DNA of 64,000 nucleotides from Bacilli bacterium (GCA_017463365.1 JAFTPH010000028.1:268-64267), one strand, 5' to 3'. Shown: positions 18,583 to 29,954, counted from the first letter of the stretch. The notes: generated by a model from the sequence alone, not told the origin. Translations and numbers: made by a program.

Positions 18583-19941
18583 ATGAAAAGTTGGACTCTA
18601 TTTTTAATACTATTTTTATTAATTGGTGCCTTTGTCGGATATGCTTATTTAACAACTAAAAAAGCTAAACAAGAGAATAAGAAAACATGGTTAATGAAAT
18701 TTTGGGAAAAACCATCAGTTAAATCAATTGCTTCTTCATTAACATCAATTATTTTTGGTTTAGTAATTGGTTGTATCATTTTATTTGTAGTTGGACTTGT
18801 CCCTACGAAAGGAATGACTATTACCGCTGGAACAATTGCTGATGGAATAGAACTAGTTTTCTTTGGTTTTATGAATATTGGTAAAGAAAGTTCAGAATTA
18901 TTATTTGGATTCAATGGAACAAGTATTGGTAATATTCTATTCAAAGCTATGCCGTTAATTATGACAGGTTTATCAGTAGCGTTAGCTTTTAAAACAGGTT
19001 TATTTAATATTGGTACTCCGGGACAATATTTATGTAGTACGGCTGTAACCTTAATTTTAGCCTTATCAATCCCAACGGAAGTAGTGCCACCTTTCTTGGT
19101 ATGGATTATTGCTTTCTTAGGAGGAATGCTTGCGGGGGCACTTGCGGGTGTAATACCGGGAGTCTTTAAAGCTTACTTAAATGTAAATGAAGTTATTACT
19201 TGTATTATGATGAACTGGATTTCAGCTAATCTTGTAACAATGCTATTTGATAAAAATACTGGTCCTTTTAAACACTTACTAGATCCAAGTGGAACAAAGA
19301 ACTTTGCTTATGTATTTAAAACAACAGAAAATGGTGTTGCTACAGCAAAACTTGGACTTGATAAGATATTTGAAGGATCACAAGTAAATGCGGGAATTAT
19401 TATTGCGATTATTATTGCGATTGTAGTTTATATTATTCTTAATAAAACAACATTTGGTTACCAATTAAAAGCTTGTGGAAGTAATAAACATGCCGCAAAA
19501 TATGCAGGTATTAGTGAAAACCGTAATATTATTTTCTCAATGGCCATCGCCGGAGCCTTAGCTGGTGCAGGGGCAAGTTTATATTATTTATCAGGTAACA
19601 CTGAATTTGCCTGGGAAACATATCAAACTCTTCCAGCAGCCGGATTTAATGGAATTCCTGTTGCTCTTCTTGCATGTAATAATCCGATTGGGGTAATATT
19701 CTCAGCATCATTTATTTCTTTACTTGATGTAAATGGTATGCAAATTAAATATATGACTTCATATAATGAACAAATTACAAGTATCATTACCGCAATCATT
19801 GTATACTTTAGTGCCTTCAGTTTATTATTTAGACAAGTATATGAAGGAAAGATTAAAATTAACCTTAAAGGTATTTTCCAAAAAAATAAAAAAGCAACCG
19901 TTGAGACAGTTACAGATAAAGTAGAGAAGGAGGATAAATAA
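18583..19941 (+). CDS. ABC transporter permease (BPD_transp_2 type)
   Basis: 452 aa polytopic membrane protein directly after ATPase. Confidence 0.7.
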   Translation: MKSWTLFLILFLLIGAFVGYAYLTTKKAKQENKKTWLMKFWEKPSVKSIASSLTSIIFGLVIGCIILFVVGLVPTKGMTITAGTIADGIELVFFGFMNIGKESSELLFGFNGTSIGNILFKAMPLIMTGLSVALAFKTGLFNIGTPGQYLCSTAVTLILALSIPTEVVPPFLVWIIAFLGGMLAGALAGVIPGVFKAYLNVNEVITCIMMNWISANLVTMLFDKNTGPFKHLLDPSGTKNFAYVFKTTENGVATAKLGLDKIFEGSQVNAGIIIAIIIAIVVYIILNKTTFGYQLKACGSNKHAAKYAGISENRNIIFSMAIAGALAGAGASLYYLSGNTEFAWETYQTLPAAGFNGIPVALLACNNPIGVIFSASFISLLDVNGMQIKYMTSYNEQITSIITAIIVYFSAFSLLFRQVYEGKIKINLKGIFQKNKKATVETVTDKVEKEDK

Positions 19942-20954
19942 TGGCATATTTTATTCAACAAACCATGGTTTTCTGTATCCCTCTAATGATTGTTGCTTTA
20001 GCGGGAGTCTTTGCTGAACGAAGTGGTATTATCAATATTGCTTTAGAAGGGATAATGGTATTTGGAGCTTTTATTGGGGTTCTTACTTTGAGATTATTGT
20101 TAGCCCTTAGATTTGGTCCTGAACAAGGACAGTTACTATTAATAATTGTTATAATTGTGACGATAATTATGGGTGGAGTTTTTGCGTTGCTACTAGCATA
20201 TGCATCGATAAATTTAAAAGCTGACCAAACAATCGGTGGTACAGCGTTAAACTTACTTGCTCCAGCTTTAGTATTGTTCTTAGTTTTAATGATTAATCAA
20301 CAAAATGATTTAAATATTGATTCTAAATATACAGCTGCTAATTTATTTATGTTCTTTTTAGAAGATTTTGGACTTGAAGCTTTTAAAAATGATACAAGTT
20401 TCTTAGGAGTTATTGTAAATGTTTTATTTAATAAACTTTATTTAACAAATCTTTACGCGATTCTTATTTATGTAGGATTATCAATTGTTTTATATAAAAC
20501 TAAATTTGGATTACGTCTTAGAGCTTGTGGGGAAAACCCTCACGCGGCTGATTCACTAGGAATAAATGTTGTTAAAATGCGATATATTGGAACAATCATT
20601 TCTGGTTGTCTTGCTTCATTTGGAGGTTTTATCTATGCTTTAACAGCAGCAGGATGTACATCAAATGGAGATGTTGCAGGACTAGGGTTCTTAGCTTTAG
20701 CTGTAATGATTTTTGGTAACTGGAAACCAGTTTCAATTTTCCTTGCTGCCCTATTATTTGGTGCGTTAAAATGTATATCAGTTGGATATCAATATATTGA
20801 TTTCTTAAGTTTCTTAACAGAATGGAATATTAGTTCACACGCATATCGTGTATTACCATACTTTATTACTTTAGTAGTTCTTGCCTTTACATCGAAAAGA
20901 TCAAGAGCTCCAAAAGCAGAAGGTATTCCATACGATAAAGAAGCAAGGTATTAA
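19941..20954 (+). CDS. ABC transporter permease (second BPD_transp_2 subunit)
   Basis: 337 aa polytopic; start overlaps upstream stop (ATAATGG). Confidence 0.7.
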   Translation: MAYFIQQTMVFCIPLMIVALAGVFAERSGIINIALEGIMVFGAFIGVLTLRLLLALRFGPEQGQLLLIIVIIVTIIMGGVFALLLAYASINLKADQTIGGTALNLLAPALVLFLVLMINQQNDLNIDSKYTAANLFMFFLEDFGLEAFKNDTSFLGVIVNVLFNKLYLTNLYAILIYVGLSIVLYKTKFGLRLRACGENPHAADSLGINVVKMRYIGTIISGCLASFGGFIYALTAAGCTSNGDVAGLGFLALAVMIFGNWKPVSIFLAALLFGALKCISVGYQYIDFLSFLTEWNISSHAYRVLPYFITLVVLAFTSKRSRAPKAEGIPYDKEARY

Positions 20955-20988
20955 GGAGAAAGCCCATTGGGCTTTCTCTTTGCTTTTT
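20955..20988 (+). terminator. Rho-independent terminator (gagaaagccc/gggctttctc + T-run)
   Basis: 10-bp perfect stem, 3-nt loop, TTTGCTTTTTT. Confidence 0.75.
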
Positions 20989-21035
20989 TCTTTGATTTAT
21001 GATATATTATATATAGTTAATACTAGAGGTGCAAT

Positions 21036-21566
21036 ATGAAAGTTTTAGTTTCGGCATTTAAACCTTTTTATAAATCTGTTAATAATTACTCAAGTGAAGT
21101 ATTAGAATATATAACTGGTGTAGATAAGGTTATATTAGATGTGGTATATGATGAGTGTTATAAAGAACTTAGTTCTAAATATAATTTATCAGAATTTGAC
21201 TTAATTATAGCTTTAGGCGAAGCAAGATCAAGAAAAATATTAACGCTAGAAGTGGAAGCTAAAAATATTGCGAGTTGTAGTATTGCCGATAACGCTGGAA
21301 TTATTAAAAAAGATGAAAAGATAATAAATGAAGCTTTAGAGGTTTTATCCACAAAAGTTAATTTAGATAATGTTAAAAATTATGTCGAATTATCGTATGA
21401 TGCGGGAAAATTTGTATGTAATAATATCTATTTTCATTTATTATATAATTATCCTACAAAATCGCTGTTCATTCATATTCCTGAATGTCATAATGATGTT
21501 AAGATGTATCAAGAATATGCGGGAGTTATTAATAAAATTATATTAGATTTGGAGAGTGTTTTATGA
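21036..21566 (+). CDS. pcp: Pyroglutamyl-peptidase I (peptidase C15)
   Basis: MKVLVSAFKPF N-terminus; GEARSRKILTLEVEAKNI (Glu region), AGKFVCNNIYFH (Cys) and IHIPE (His) catalytic-triad context. Confidence 0.6.
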   Translation: MKVLVSAFKPFYKSVNNYSSEVLEYITGVDKVILDVVYDECYKELSSKYNLSEFDLIIALGEARSRKILTLEVEAKNIASCSIADNAGIIKKDEKIINEALEVLSTKVNLDNVKNYVELSYDAGKFVCNNIYFHLLYNYPTKSLFIHIPECHNDVKMYQEYAGVINKIILDLESVL

Positions 21567-22096
21567 AATATTTAGTTGTATCAGATATTCATGGCTCATT
21601 ATTTTATACTAAAAAGTTAGTTGAAATAATTAAACAAGAAAAACCAAATAAAATTATTTTACTAGGAGACTTATATTATCATGGACCTAGAAATGGTTTA
21701 TTTTCTGGATATGATCCAATGGAAGTATCTAAAATTTTAAACAGTTATAAAGATGAATTAATTGTATGTAGAGGAAACTGTGATGCGGAAGTTGATGAAA
21801 TGATTTCAGAATTTACTTTTAGTGATCATCATCAATTTGAAATTGGGAATAAAGTGTTTTATTTTACGCATGGTCACCATCAAAATATTGATAATATTCC
21901 TGAAGGAATTGATGTGCTTGTTTATGGTCATTTTCATACTGGTTTTATTAAAGAAAATAAAGGGGTTATTTGTGTAAATTCAGGTTCAATATCATTACCT
22001 AAAAACAATACTGCTCATAGTTATTTAGTGATTGATGAAGAACTTATTTCATTAAAAGATATCGAAGGAAATATAATTGAAGAAGTTAAGTATTAA
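21563..22096 (+). CDS. YfcE/MJ0936-family metallophosphoesterase
   Basis: VSDIHGS, GDLYYHGPRN, GNCD, THGH, GHFH metallophosphatase motifs; ATGA overlap with pcp. Confidence 0.7.
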   Translation: MKYLVVSDIHGSLFYTKKLVEIIKQEKPNKIILLGDLYYHGPRNGLFSGYDPMEVSKILNSYKDELIVCRGNCDAEVDEMISEFTFSDHHQFEIGNKVFYFTHGHHQNIDNIPEGIDVLVYGHFHTGFIKENKGVICVNSGSISLPKNNTAHSYLVIDEELISLKDIEGNIIEEVKY

Positions 22097-22097
22097 T

Positions 22098-22128
22098 GAA
22101 TAAAACTTTTGGTTTTATTCATTTTTTT
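22098..22128 (+). terminator. Rho-independent terminator (gaataaaac/gttttattc + T7)
   Basis: seen directly. Confidence 0.6.
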
Positions 22129-22154
22129 AATTTTAAATTTAAATATATCTATTC

Positions 22155-22183
22155 TTGAAAATTGTGGTAACTTGTGCTATAAT
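22155..22183 (+). promoter_or_regulatory. Perfect-consensus promoter TTGAAA-17-TATAAT upstream of groES; no CIRCE element detected
   Basis: TTGAAA 22155-22160, TATAAT 22178-22183. Confidence 0.6.
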
Positions 22184-22221
22184 TATTATTAAGAAGAATT
22201 TAAAAAAAAGGAGCGAGAATT

Positions 22222-22464
22222 ATGATTCAAGCTATGCCTGGTAAAGTAGTAGTAAAAAAAGTAAAAGAAGAGTCCTTAATTAAAGGAATCTATATGAATA
22301 CTACTAATTATTATTACGAAATAAAAAGTGTATTAACTAACGAATATGGTTTACAAATTGGGGATAAAATCATTGTTCGTGATGAAGATATATATATGGT
22401 TATTAATGATAATGAAGAAGTTGGAATTATCGATATAACTAAGGTTTTAGCAGTAATTAAGTAG
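22222..22464 (+). CDS. groES: Divergent, shortened co-chaperonin GroES (80 aa)
   Basis: [12 protein letters not shown]... and C-terminal [34 protein letters not shown] align to GroES ends; 8 nt upstream of groEL. Confidence 0.6.
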   Translation: MIQAMPGKVVVKKVKEESLIKGIYMNTTNYYYEIKSVLTNEYGLQIGDKIIVRDEDIYMVINDNEEVGIIDITKVLAVIK

Positions 22465-22471
22465 GTGGATT

Positions 22472-24043
22472 ATGTCTAAAGTAATTAAGTTTAAAGATGA
22501 TGCTAAAAAAGCAATGCTTAGAGGGATTGATACTTTATATGACGCGGTAAGAATAACTCTAGGGCCAAAAGGGCGAAATGTTATTATTGAACAAGATTTT
22601 GGATACCCATTAATTATTAATGATGGGGTTACGATTGCTAAAGCGATTGAACTAGAAGATCATTTTGAAAATATGGGAGCTAGTTTAATAATTGAGGCTG
22701 CTACTAAAACTAATGATTTAGTTGGTGATGGTACCACTACCGCAATCATTCTAGCTTGTAAATTAATTAAAGGTGGAGTAGAGTTAATTAAGCAAGGTGT
22801 AAGTCCAGTTGAGGTAAGAAAAGCATTTGATGATGCATTGCCAAAATTATTACAATATATTGATGATCATAGTACAATGATTAGCAGTGTTGAAGATTTA
22901 AAGAAAATAGCCTATATTTCTTCTAATGATGAACATATCGCTGAAATTTTAAAAGAAGCGTTTATGGTGGTAGGAAATAACGGAATTATTAATATTGAAG
23001 AATCAAAAACAAGTGAAACTTATTTAGAAGTAGTTCATGGTTATATGTATGACAAAGGTTATGCATCACCATATATGGTTAATAATACAGAAAAAAATAT
23101 TGCTGAATTGATTAATCCTTTTGTATTAATTATTAATCATAAAGTTACAACAATGAATGAACTAGTACCTTTTTTAGAAGTAGCTATCAGTAAAAATGCT
23201 CCAATTTTAGTTATCGTAGAAGATTTAGAATCAGAAGTTTTAAATACGGTGGTGTTAAATAAACTTCGTGGAGTATTTAATTGTGTAGTAACAAAAGCCC
23301 CATATTATGGTGAAAAACAACGAAAGACTTTAGAGGATTTAGCAATTGTTACGGGTGCTACGATTGTTAATTCAAATTTAGTAACAAGCAACCCTGAAAA
23401 TCTTCTAGGAAGATGTTCAAAAGCGATTGTTAAAAAAGATACAACTACTATCTTAGAAGGTAGTGGTGATAGAGCTGTTATCGATGAACGAATTGAAAGC
23501 TTAAAACAACAATTAATTCAAGAAACCAGTAATTATGAAAAAGACCAATTAGAAAACCGTATTGCTAAAATAAATGGTGTTGCGGGAATCATTAAAGTTG
23601 GTGCTACAACCGAAACAGAACTTGAAGAATTACGACTTCGTGCTGAAGATGCGCTAAATGCTTGTTTTGCCGCATCAACTTCAGGTATTGTTGAAGGCGG
23701 AGGAAAAGTATTCTATGAACTTTCTTTAGTTCTTGAAAAACTAAATATTAAAAAAATAATTCTTCCGTTATTAGAAGAAACTTTAAAACAACCATTTTAC
23801 CAAATATTAGAAAATGCCGGTTTAGATAAAGAAGAAGTATTAAGTAAACTTGATGGAACAACTTGGTATAATGCGGAAAAAGATATATATGGATCAAATA
23901 TTCAAATGGGTATAATCGATCCAACAAGTGTTGAAAAAATATGTTTAACGAATGCTTGTAAGATTGCGGGAATATTCCTTACAACTGAATGCGCAATCAC
24001 AAATGGTGTTAATCACAAAAAAGAAGATAATGAATTAATATAG
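22472..24043 (+). CDS. groEL: Chaperonin GroEL (Cpn60), divergent, no C-terminal GGM tail
   Basis: [37 protein letters not shown] blocks collinear with canonical GroEL. Confidence 0.85.
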   Translation: MSKVIKFKDDAKKAMLRGIDTLYDAVRITLGPKGRNVIIEQDFGYPLIINDGVTIAKAIELEDHFENMGASLIIEAATKTNDLVGDGTTTAIILACKLIKGGVELIKQGVSPVEVRKAFDDALPKLLQYIDDHSTMISSVEDLKKIAYISSNDEHIAEILKEAFMVVGNNGIINIEESKTSETYLEVVHGYMYDKGYASPYMVNNTEKNIAELINPFVLIINHKVTTMNELVPFLEVAISKNAPILVIVEDLESEVLNTVVLNKLRGVFNCVVTKAPYYGEKQRKTLEDLAIVTGATIVNSNLVTSNPENLLGRCSKAIVKKDTTTILEGSGDRAVIDERIESLKQQLIQETSNYEKDQLENRIAKINGVAGIIKVGATTETELEELRLRAEDALNACFAASTSGIVEGGGKVFYELSLVLEKLNIKKIILPLLEETLKQPFYQILENAGLDKEEVLSKLDGTTWYNAEKDIYGSNIQMGIIDPTSVEKICLTNACKIAGIFLTTECAITNGVNHKKEDNELI

Positions 24044-24059
24044 AAAGGGGGCTTGTGCT

Positions 24060-25553
24060 ATGGCTAATCCCAACGATTTAATGAATAGAATTCATGAACT
24101 GGAAAGACAAGTAAAAGCTTTAGAAGAAAAATTATCGGAATATACGAATATTGAAGGGTATTATTTAGAAAAATATCAGGAAATATTCGCTGAGATAAGA
24201 AAATCAAGGGATGAAGAAATTAAACAAGAACTTGAAAATATGGCTGTTGAAATTTCTGTTTTAAAACAAGAAAAAGAAGATAAAACTAAAGCTTTAGAAT
24301 CAAAAGTTGAAATTGATAAAAAATTAAAAGAAATTGAAATTCATTTAAGCGAGTTATATCATCAAACTGAAGTTATTACCTTAGATAGTGAAAGTGAAAT
24401 AACTGAACTTGAACAAATAGGATTACAGATGCTTGAACAGCATAAAGAACAAGTACATAAATTTGTAAGAAAAATTTATAAATTAATGGTTCCCCCATAT
24501 AATACAGAAAATATTCTTTTCTTAAAAGATGCGATTATTAATTATTTACGTGGTGAAGGATTTGATAGTGTAAAAACTAAAAAAGAAAATCATCGTAAAT
24601 CTTTAGACATCAAAAAGAATTATGAAAAGAATAATAAAGAATTCCAAGAAACAATTGTACAGTTAAAACTTGATCGTGAATCATTACTCGCAAACGCAAG
24701 AGAAATTGAAAATATTGATATTAATCATATTCAAGATGAAATTACAAGATTTACTATTCATCATGAAAATTATTTACGAGAAATGATGGCATCTTTAGAT
24801 CAGATTAAAGAAGATCATGAAAGTATTATTGTTGATAAGGTTAAGAAACTTAGTATTTTAGGTTATACTAAAAAAGAAATTGGTGAAATTCTAGATGATC
24901 AATTAGTCGTTTTCTCTCAAGAGTTATTAACAGTTGATTCTGTAGAAAACAAAACATATCAGAAAGAAAAACGCTTAAAGAAACTTGAAGCCGAAGCTGA
25001 AAAATTAAAAGTATTAGATATTGAAAAAGAAACAGTTAATGCGGAATACAAAGAGTTACAGACACGTTATCTAGCAATGCAGAAACAAGTTCAAACAATT
25101 GAAGACTTTAATGCGAAAGTTCATGATATTATTGACAATAACAATCAATATCATAATTTTGCGGAAAACTATATTAGCTTTATGAATTTTGAAAAAGAAG
25201 TAAAAGGAATGAGACAAGCTAAAGTTGAAGAATATAATAGTTTAGATGATTCAATTGAAACATTAGAAACGAAAAAAGCATTAAAAGCAGAAATTGATGG
25301 ATTAGACCGTTCTTTAGAAGAAGCTAATATGAAAATTTCTGAATTTAAACAAAATCCAGAAAACGAAAAAGTTTTAAAAATGTTACTATCAGTAATCGAA
25401 TATGAAACTAATTTACCATTAATTTATGATACATTAAATAAACTTAAAAAACAAATTGATGAAAAATATGAAAGATTAACTTACTTAAAAGAACAGTTAA
25501 TTGAGTATCAAAGTATTCTAATGCAGATAGAAGGATTAACTGATGAAAATTAA
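24060..25553 (+). CDS. Long coiled-coil protein (E/K-rich), function unknown
   Basis: 497 aa, heptad-rich, no TM or signal peptide. Confidence 0.5.
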   Translation: MANPNDLMNRIHELERQVKALEEKLSEYTNIEGYYLEKYQEIFAEIRKSRDEEIKQELENMAVEISVLKQEKEDKTKALESKVEIDKKLKEIEIHLSELYHQTEVITLDSESEITELEQIGLQMLEQHKEQVHKFVRKIYKLMVPPYNTENILFLKDAIINYLRGEGFDSVKTKKENHRKSLDIKKNYEKNNKEFQETIVQLKLDRESLLANAREIENIDINHIQDEITRFTIHHENYLREMMASLDQIKEDHESIIVDKVKKLSILGYTKKEIGEILDDQLVVFSQELLTVDSVENKTYQKEKRLKKLEAEAEKLKVLDIEKETVNAEYKELQTRYLAMQKQVQTIEDFNAKVHDIIDNNNQYHNFAENYISFMNFEKEVKGMRQAKVEEYNSLDDSIETLETKKALKAEIDGLDRSLEEANMKISEFKQNPENEKVLKMLLSVIEYETNLPLIYDTLNKLKKQIDEKYERLTYLKEQLIEYQSILMQIEGLTDEN

Positions 25554-26196
25554 GATAGCTAGTGAACTTTTAGAAAAAGTTAAGGAGTTCAGCGTTATTG
25601 GTTATACTATGGAAGTAGATAATTTAACTACTAAAGAAGTAGATGAATTATTATCCCAAATGAAAGAAGAATACTATAATTACGTAGAAGCTAAAGATAT
25701 TGTACAAATTCCCAAACTAAAAGTTTCTCGTGATGGATATAAAAAATTAGGAAAAGATCCAAGTCATACCCGTTTAGCGTGTGAGGCATTACTTAGAAGA
25801 GTGATTAAAGGAAGTGAACTTTATCGTTTAGGTGATATCATTGATTTGGGCAATGTCTTATCAATTAAAACAATGCGTAGTGTTTGCGTTGTTGATGCTG
25901 ATAAAATAATAGGTGATGTTGATATCCGCATTGGTACAAAAGATGATGTCTATTATGGAATTAATCGTGGAGTTATTAATGTTGATAAAATCCCGTTATA
26001 TGTTGACCAAGTATCACCCTTTGGTAATCCAACAAGCGATACTGATCGTACAAAAGTAACTAGTGAAACAAAAAATATTTTAATCATGATTATTTGTTTT
26101 GATCAAAGTGATATAGATAGTGATGAACAAATAATGTTAGAATTATATCAAAAATATGCAAACGCAAGAAATATCAAAAAACTAGAGGTGAGATAA
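25543..26196 (+). CDS. B3/4 (tRNA-binding, PheT-beta-like) domain protein
   Basis: 217 aa; family recalled from overall pattern; 11-nt overlap with upstream gene. Confidence 0.4.
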   Translation: MKIKIASELLEKVKEFSVIGYTMEVDNLTTKEVDELLSQMKEEYYNYVEAKDIVQIPKLKVSRDGYKKLGKDPSHTRLACEALLRRVIKGSELYRLGDIIDLGNVLSIKTMRSVCVVDADKIIGDVDIRIGTKDDVYYGINRGVINVDKIPLYVDQVSPFGNPTSDTDRTKVTSETKNILIMIICFDQSDIDSDEQIMLELYQKYANARNIKKLEVR

Positions 26197-26197
26197 A

Positions 26198-27841
26198 ATG
26201 ATGGAGAACACATCAAATTTTATAAAAACAATCATGAAACAAGAGCTTGAAAATGGAGTGGTAGATCATATCTTAACAAGATTCCCTCCTGAACCAAATG
26301 CTTATTTACATATTGGACATGCTCGTGCTATTATTACTAACTTTGAACTAGCAAAGAGTTTTGGTGGTAAAACAAATCTTCGTTTTGATGATACAAATCC
26401 CGTTAAAGAAGATGTTGAATTTGTTGAAGCTATTAAGGAAGATTTAGCGTGGCTTGGTTATACGCCTGAAATCGTAGTGTATGGATCAAGTTATTTTGAA
26501 GAAACATATGAAAAAGCTATTCTATTAATCAAAAAAGGTTTAGCATTCGTTTGTGACTTATCACAAGAAGAAGTTTCAGCTTATCGTGGAGATACTAATA
26601 ATCCAGGTAAAAACTCTCCTTATCGTGATCGTTCAATCGAAGAAAACTTAAAATTATTTGAAGAAATGAAAAATGGAGTTTATCCAAATGGATCAAAAAC
26701 TCTAAGAGCAAAAATTGATATGAGTAGTCCAAATATCAATATGCGTGACCCAGTAATATATCGTATCATTCATATTAATCACCATCAAACAGGAGATAAG
26801 TGGTGTATTTACCCAATGTATGACTTTGCTCATCCATTACAAGATTCATTTGAAGGAATTACTCATTCACTTTGTAGTTTAGAATACGAAGATCACCGCC
26901 CATTATATGACTGGGTAATTAATAATTGTGATGTAAAACATAAACCTCGCCAAATTGAATTTGGACGTTTAGGTATCACAAATATGATTATGAGTAAACG
27001 TTACTTAAAACAACTTGTTGATGAAGGTTATGTTAAAGGATATGATGATCCACGTATGCCTACTTTAACAGGACTTCGTCGTCGTGGATTTACTCCTAAT
27101 GCGATTAAAAACTTTATTTTATCAACAGGACTTTCAAAAATCAATTCAACAATTGATTATGAAATGTTGGAACATTTCTTACGTGACGATTTAAAAATGA
27201 AGAGTGCTCGTCCAATGGCAGTTATTGATCCATTAAAGGTAGTAATTACTAACTATCCGGAAGGAAAAGTTGAAGAATTACCAGTATTAAATAATATGGA
27301 AAATCCTGAACTTGGAAGTCATACAATTACATTCTCACGTAACCTATATATCGAAAAAGAAGATTTCTTAGAAGAGAAACCAAACAAACATTGGAAACGT
27401 TTATCAAAAGGATTAGAGGTTCGTTTAATGAATGCTTACTTCATTAAATGTGAAGAAGTAATTTATGATGAAAAAGGTGAAATTGTTGAATTACATTGTA
27501 CATACGATGAAAAAACAAAAAATGGAACTGGATTCAATGAACGTAAACCAAATGGAACAATTCATTTCGTTGATGCAGCGACAGCACAAAGTGCAACATT
27601 TAACTTATTTGAGCCACTAATCTTAGATAGTGTTGTTTCAAGTGAAAACTTTAAAGAACGCCTTAACCCTAATTCTTGGGTAACTAAAGAAGGATTTGTT
27701 GAAGCATGGTTAAAAGATACTAAACCAATGGACAAATATCAATTTGTTCGTAATGGTTATTTTACTACTGACTATGAATCGAAAGGAAATAAGTTGATTT
27801 TTAATCGAATTGTTAATTTAAAATCATCTTTCACAAAATAA
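26198..27841 (+). CDS. glnS: Glutaminyl-tRNA synthetase
   Basis: [14 protein letters not shown] (HIGH), IMSKR (KMSKS), class I GlnRS collinearity. Confidence 0.85.
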   Translation: MMENTSNFIKTIMKQELENGVVDHILTRFPPEPNAYLHIGHARAIITNFELAKSFGGKTNLRFDDTNPVKEDVEFVEAIKEDLAWLGYTPEIVVYGSSYFEETYEKAILLIKKGLAFVCDLSQEEVSAYRGDTNNPGKNSPYRDRSIEENLKLFEEMKNGVYPNGSKTLRAKIDMSSPNINMRDPVIYRIIHINHHQTGDKWCIYPMYDFAHPLQDSFEGITHSLCSLEYEDHRPLYDWVINNCDVKHKPRQIEFGRLGITNMIMSKRYLKQLVDEGYVKGYDDPRMPTLTGLRRRGFTPNAIKNFILSTGLSKINSTIDYEMLEHFLRDDLKMKSARPMAVIDPLKVVITNYPEGKVEELPVLNNMENPELGSHTITFSRNLYIEKEDFLEEKPNKHWKRLSKGLEVRLMNAYFIKCEEVIYDEKGEIVELHCTYDEKTKNGTGFNERKPNGTIHFVDAATAQSATFNLFEPLILDSVVSSENFKERLNPNSWVTKEGFVEAWLKDTKPMDKYQFVRNGYFTTDYESKGNKLIFNRIVNLKSSFTK

Positions 27842-27843
27842 AT

Positions 27844-29946
27844 ATGGATACTATGGAAGGTTTATTAGATAATTTAAATAAAGAACAACTAGAAGCAGTA
27901 AAAGCTGTTGAAGGACCAGTAATGGTTTTTGCGGGAGCGGGGACTGGTAAAACTAGAGCCTTAACCGCAAGAATTGCTTACATGATCAAAGAAAAAAATA
28001 TAATGCCGTATAATATTTTAGCTATTACCTTCACAAAAAAAGCCACTAATGAAATGCGCGAAAGAGTTGCTAAAATTGTCGGAGACGGAGCTAAATATAT
28101 CAATATCTCTACAATTCATGCTCTTTGTGCGAAAATTTTAAGAAGAGGGATAGAAGTATTAGGGTATAAAAAAGATTTTGAAATTATTGATGATGAAGAT
28201 GCTTTAAAAATAATTAATGAAGTTTATAAAGATGAAAACATCGATCGTAAATATTTCGCCCCAAAATCAGCTTTAAATCTTATTGGTAGTTACAAAATAA
28301 ATAATAGTATGAAACTATTTGCTTTACAAGAAAAAGTATATAATAGCTATCAAAAATATTTAAAAGAACACAATTTAGTAGATTTTGAAGACTTACTTGT
28401 TTTAACAAAAGAAGTATTATTAAAAGATCAAAAATATTTAAAATTCTTACAAGATAAATATCAATATATTTTAGTGGATGAGTTCCAAGATACTAATCCA
28501 ATACAATATGATATTGTTAAAATGCTTGCGGGAGAAAAAGAAAACCTATTTGTGGTAGGTGATGATGATCAAAGTATTTATTCATTCACTGGGGCAACTG
28601 TGGATAATATGTATTTATTCTTAGATGATTATCCAAAATCACAAAAAATTATTCTTGATCAAAACTATCGTTCAAGTAATGCCATTCTTAAGGGCGCAAA
28701 TAGTGTAATTGCTCATAATAACAATCGAGAAAAGAAGAGCCTAAAAGGTCAAACTGAAGGGTCATATAAAGATGTAATTATTAATGAAGCATACTATTTT
28801 GAGGATGAAGCAAGATATGTTGCGGGTGAAATTAAAAGTTTAATCAAAAAAGGTTATGATTATCAAGATATCGCGGTTGTATATCGAAATAATGTAATTT
28901 CTCGTAACTTTGAACTTGCCTTTATTGAAAACAAAATCCCATATTCTATTTATGGGGGAACATCATATTTAAAACGTCGTGAAATTAAAGATATTGTTAG
29001 TTATTTAAAATATATTGTTGATTCAAATAATATTACTCATTTTAAACGTGTAATTAATCAACCAGCAAGAGGAATTGGAGAAAAGACAATTGTTAAAGTT
29101 TTAGATACAATGGCAATTAATAATTGTACGCTTTTTGAAGCAATTGATAATGTACATAATAGTTCACCTTCAACTAAAACTAATGCTTTAGTTGAGTTTA
29201 AAAATATGATTGTTGATTTCCAAGAAAAAATTAATACTTTACCACTTCAAGAATTCTACGATTATCTATTAGATAAAACAGGATATTTAGAAATGGCCAA
29301 AGTAGAAGATGAAAATAATGAAACAAATCGCGTTGGAAACTTACAAGAATTTAAATCAATTTTACTTCGTGTAGAAGTTAACTTCTTAGATGAAGAATTA
29401 ACAAATGTTGAAAAACTAAAACGTAGTTTTGATGAAATTATTTTAGATGAATCATTAGGTGATTCAGATAATAAAAAAGGTGTTGTTTTATCAACCATTC
29501 ATTCTGTAAAAGGTTTAGAATTTAAAGTTGTATTTGTTACAGCTTTAGAAGAAGGAATTTTCCCAGCCTTAAGAGAAGAATCAGATGTTGATGAAGAACG
29601 TCGTGTTGCATATGTTGCTTTCACAAGAGCAAAAGAAAAAATATACTTGACTTGTGCAACTCGTAGATTAATCTATGGTCGAGTAGTTAAAAATCCAAAA
29701 TCACGTTTCTTAACAGAATATTTAGAAAATCCTGAACTTGAAGAACACTTAAAAGTTGAGAAGAAAAAATCAAGTGAAGATTTAGGTGAAATTCATGTAG
29801 GAGAACATTTATATCACAGTAATTTTGGAGCAGGTATTGTAATATCTGTTGATGATTTGACTGCTCAAATCTTATTTGAAAAAGATAATAGTTTAAGAAA
29901 AATCTTAAAAAATCATCCAGCTATTATTAGAGGGAACGAAGAATAG
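27844..29946 (+). CDS. pcrA: UvrD/PcrA-type ATP-dependent DNA helicase
   Basis: GAGTGKTR Walker A, DEFQDTN motif II, VGDDDQSIY, 700 aa. Confidence 0.85.
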   Translation: MDTMEGLLDNLNKEQLEAVKAVEGPVMVFAGAGTGKTRALTARIAYMIKEKNIMPYNILAITFTKKATNEMRERVAKIVGDGAKYINISTIHALCAKILRRGIEVLGYKKDFEIIDDEDALKIINEVYKDENIDRKYFAPKSALNLIGSYKINNSMKLFALQEKVYNSYQKYLKEHNLVDFEDLLVLTKEVLLKDQKYLKFLQDKYQYILVDEFQDTNPIQYDIVKMLAGEKENLFVVGDDDQSIYSFTGATVDNMYLFLDDYPKSQKIILDQNYRSSNAILKGANSVIAHNNNREKKSLKGQTEGSYKDVIINEAYYFEDEARYVAGEIKSLIKKGYDYQDIAVVYRNNVISRNFELAFIENKIPYSIYGGTSYLKRREIKDIVSYLKYIVDSNNITHFKRVINQPARGIGEKTIVKVLDTMAINNCTLFEAIDNVHNSSPSTKTNALVEFKNMIVDFQEKINTLPLQEFYDYLLDKTGYLEMAKVEDENNETNRVGNLQEFKSILLRVEVNFLDEELTNVEKLKRSFDEIILDESLGDSDNKKGVVLSTIHSVKGLEFKVVFVTALEEGIFPALREESDVDEERRVAYVAFTRAKEKIYLTCATRRLIYGRVVKNPKSRFLTEYLENPELEEHLKVEKKKSSEDLGEIHVGEHLYHSNFGAGIVISVDDLTAQILFEKDNSLRKILKNHPAIIRGNEE

Positions 29947-29954
29947 GAAGGTAA

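Noticed and set aside
22097-22221. CIRCE/HrcA operator upstream of groES
   Set aside because: No TTAGCACTC-N9-GAGTGCTAA-like inverted repeat is present. Only a terminator and a consensus promoter were seen.
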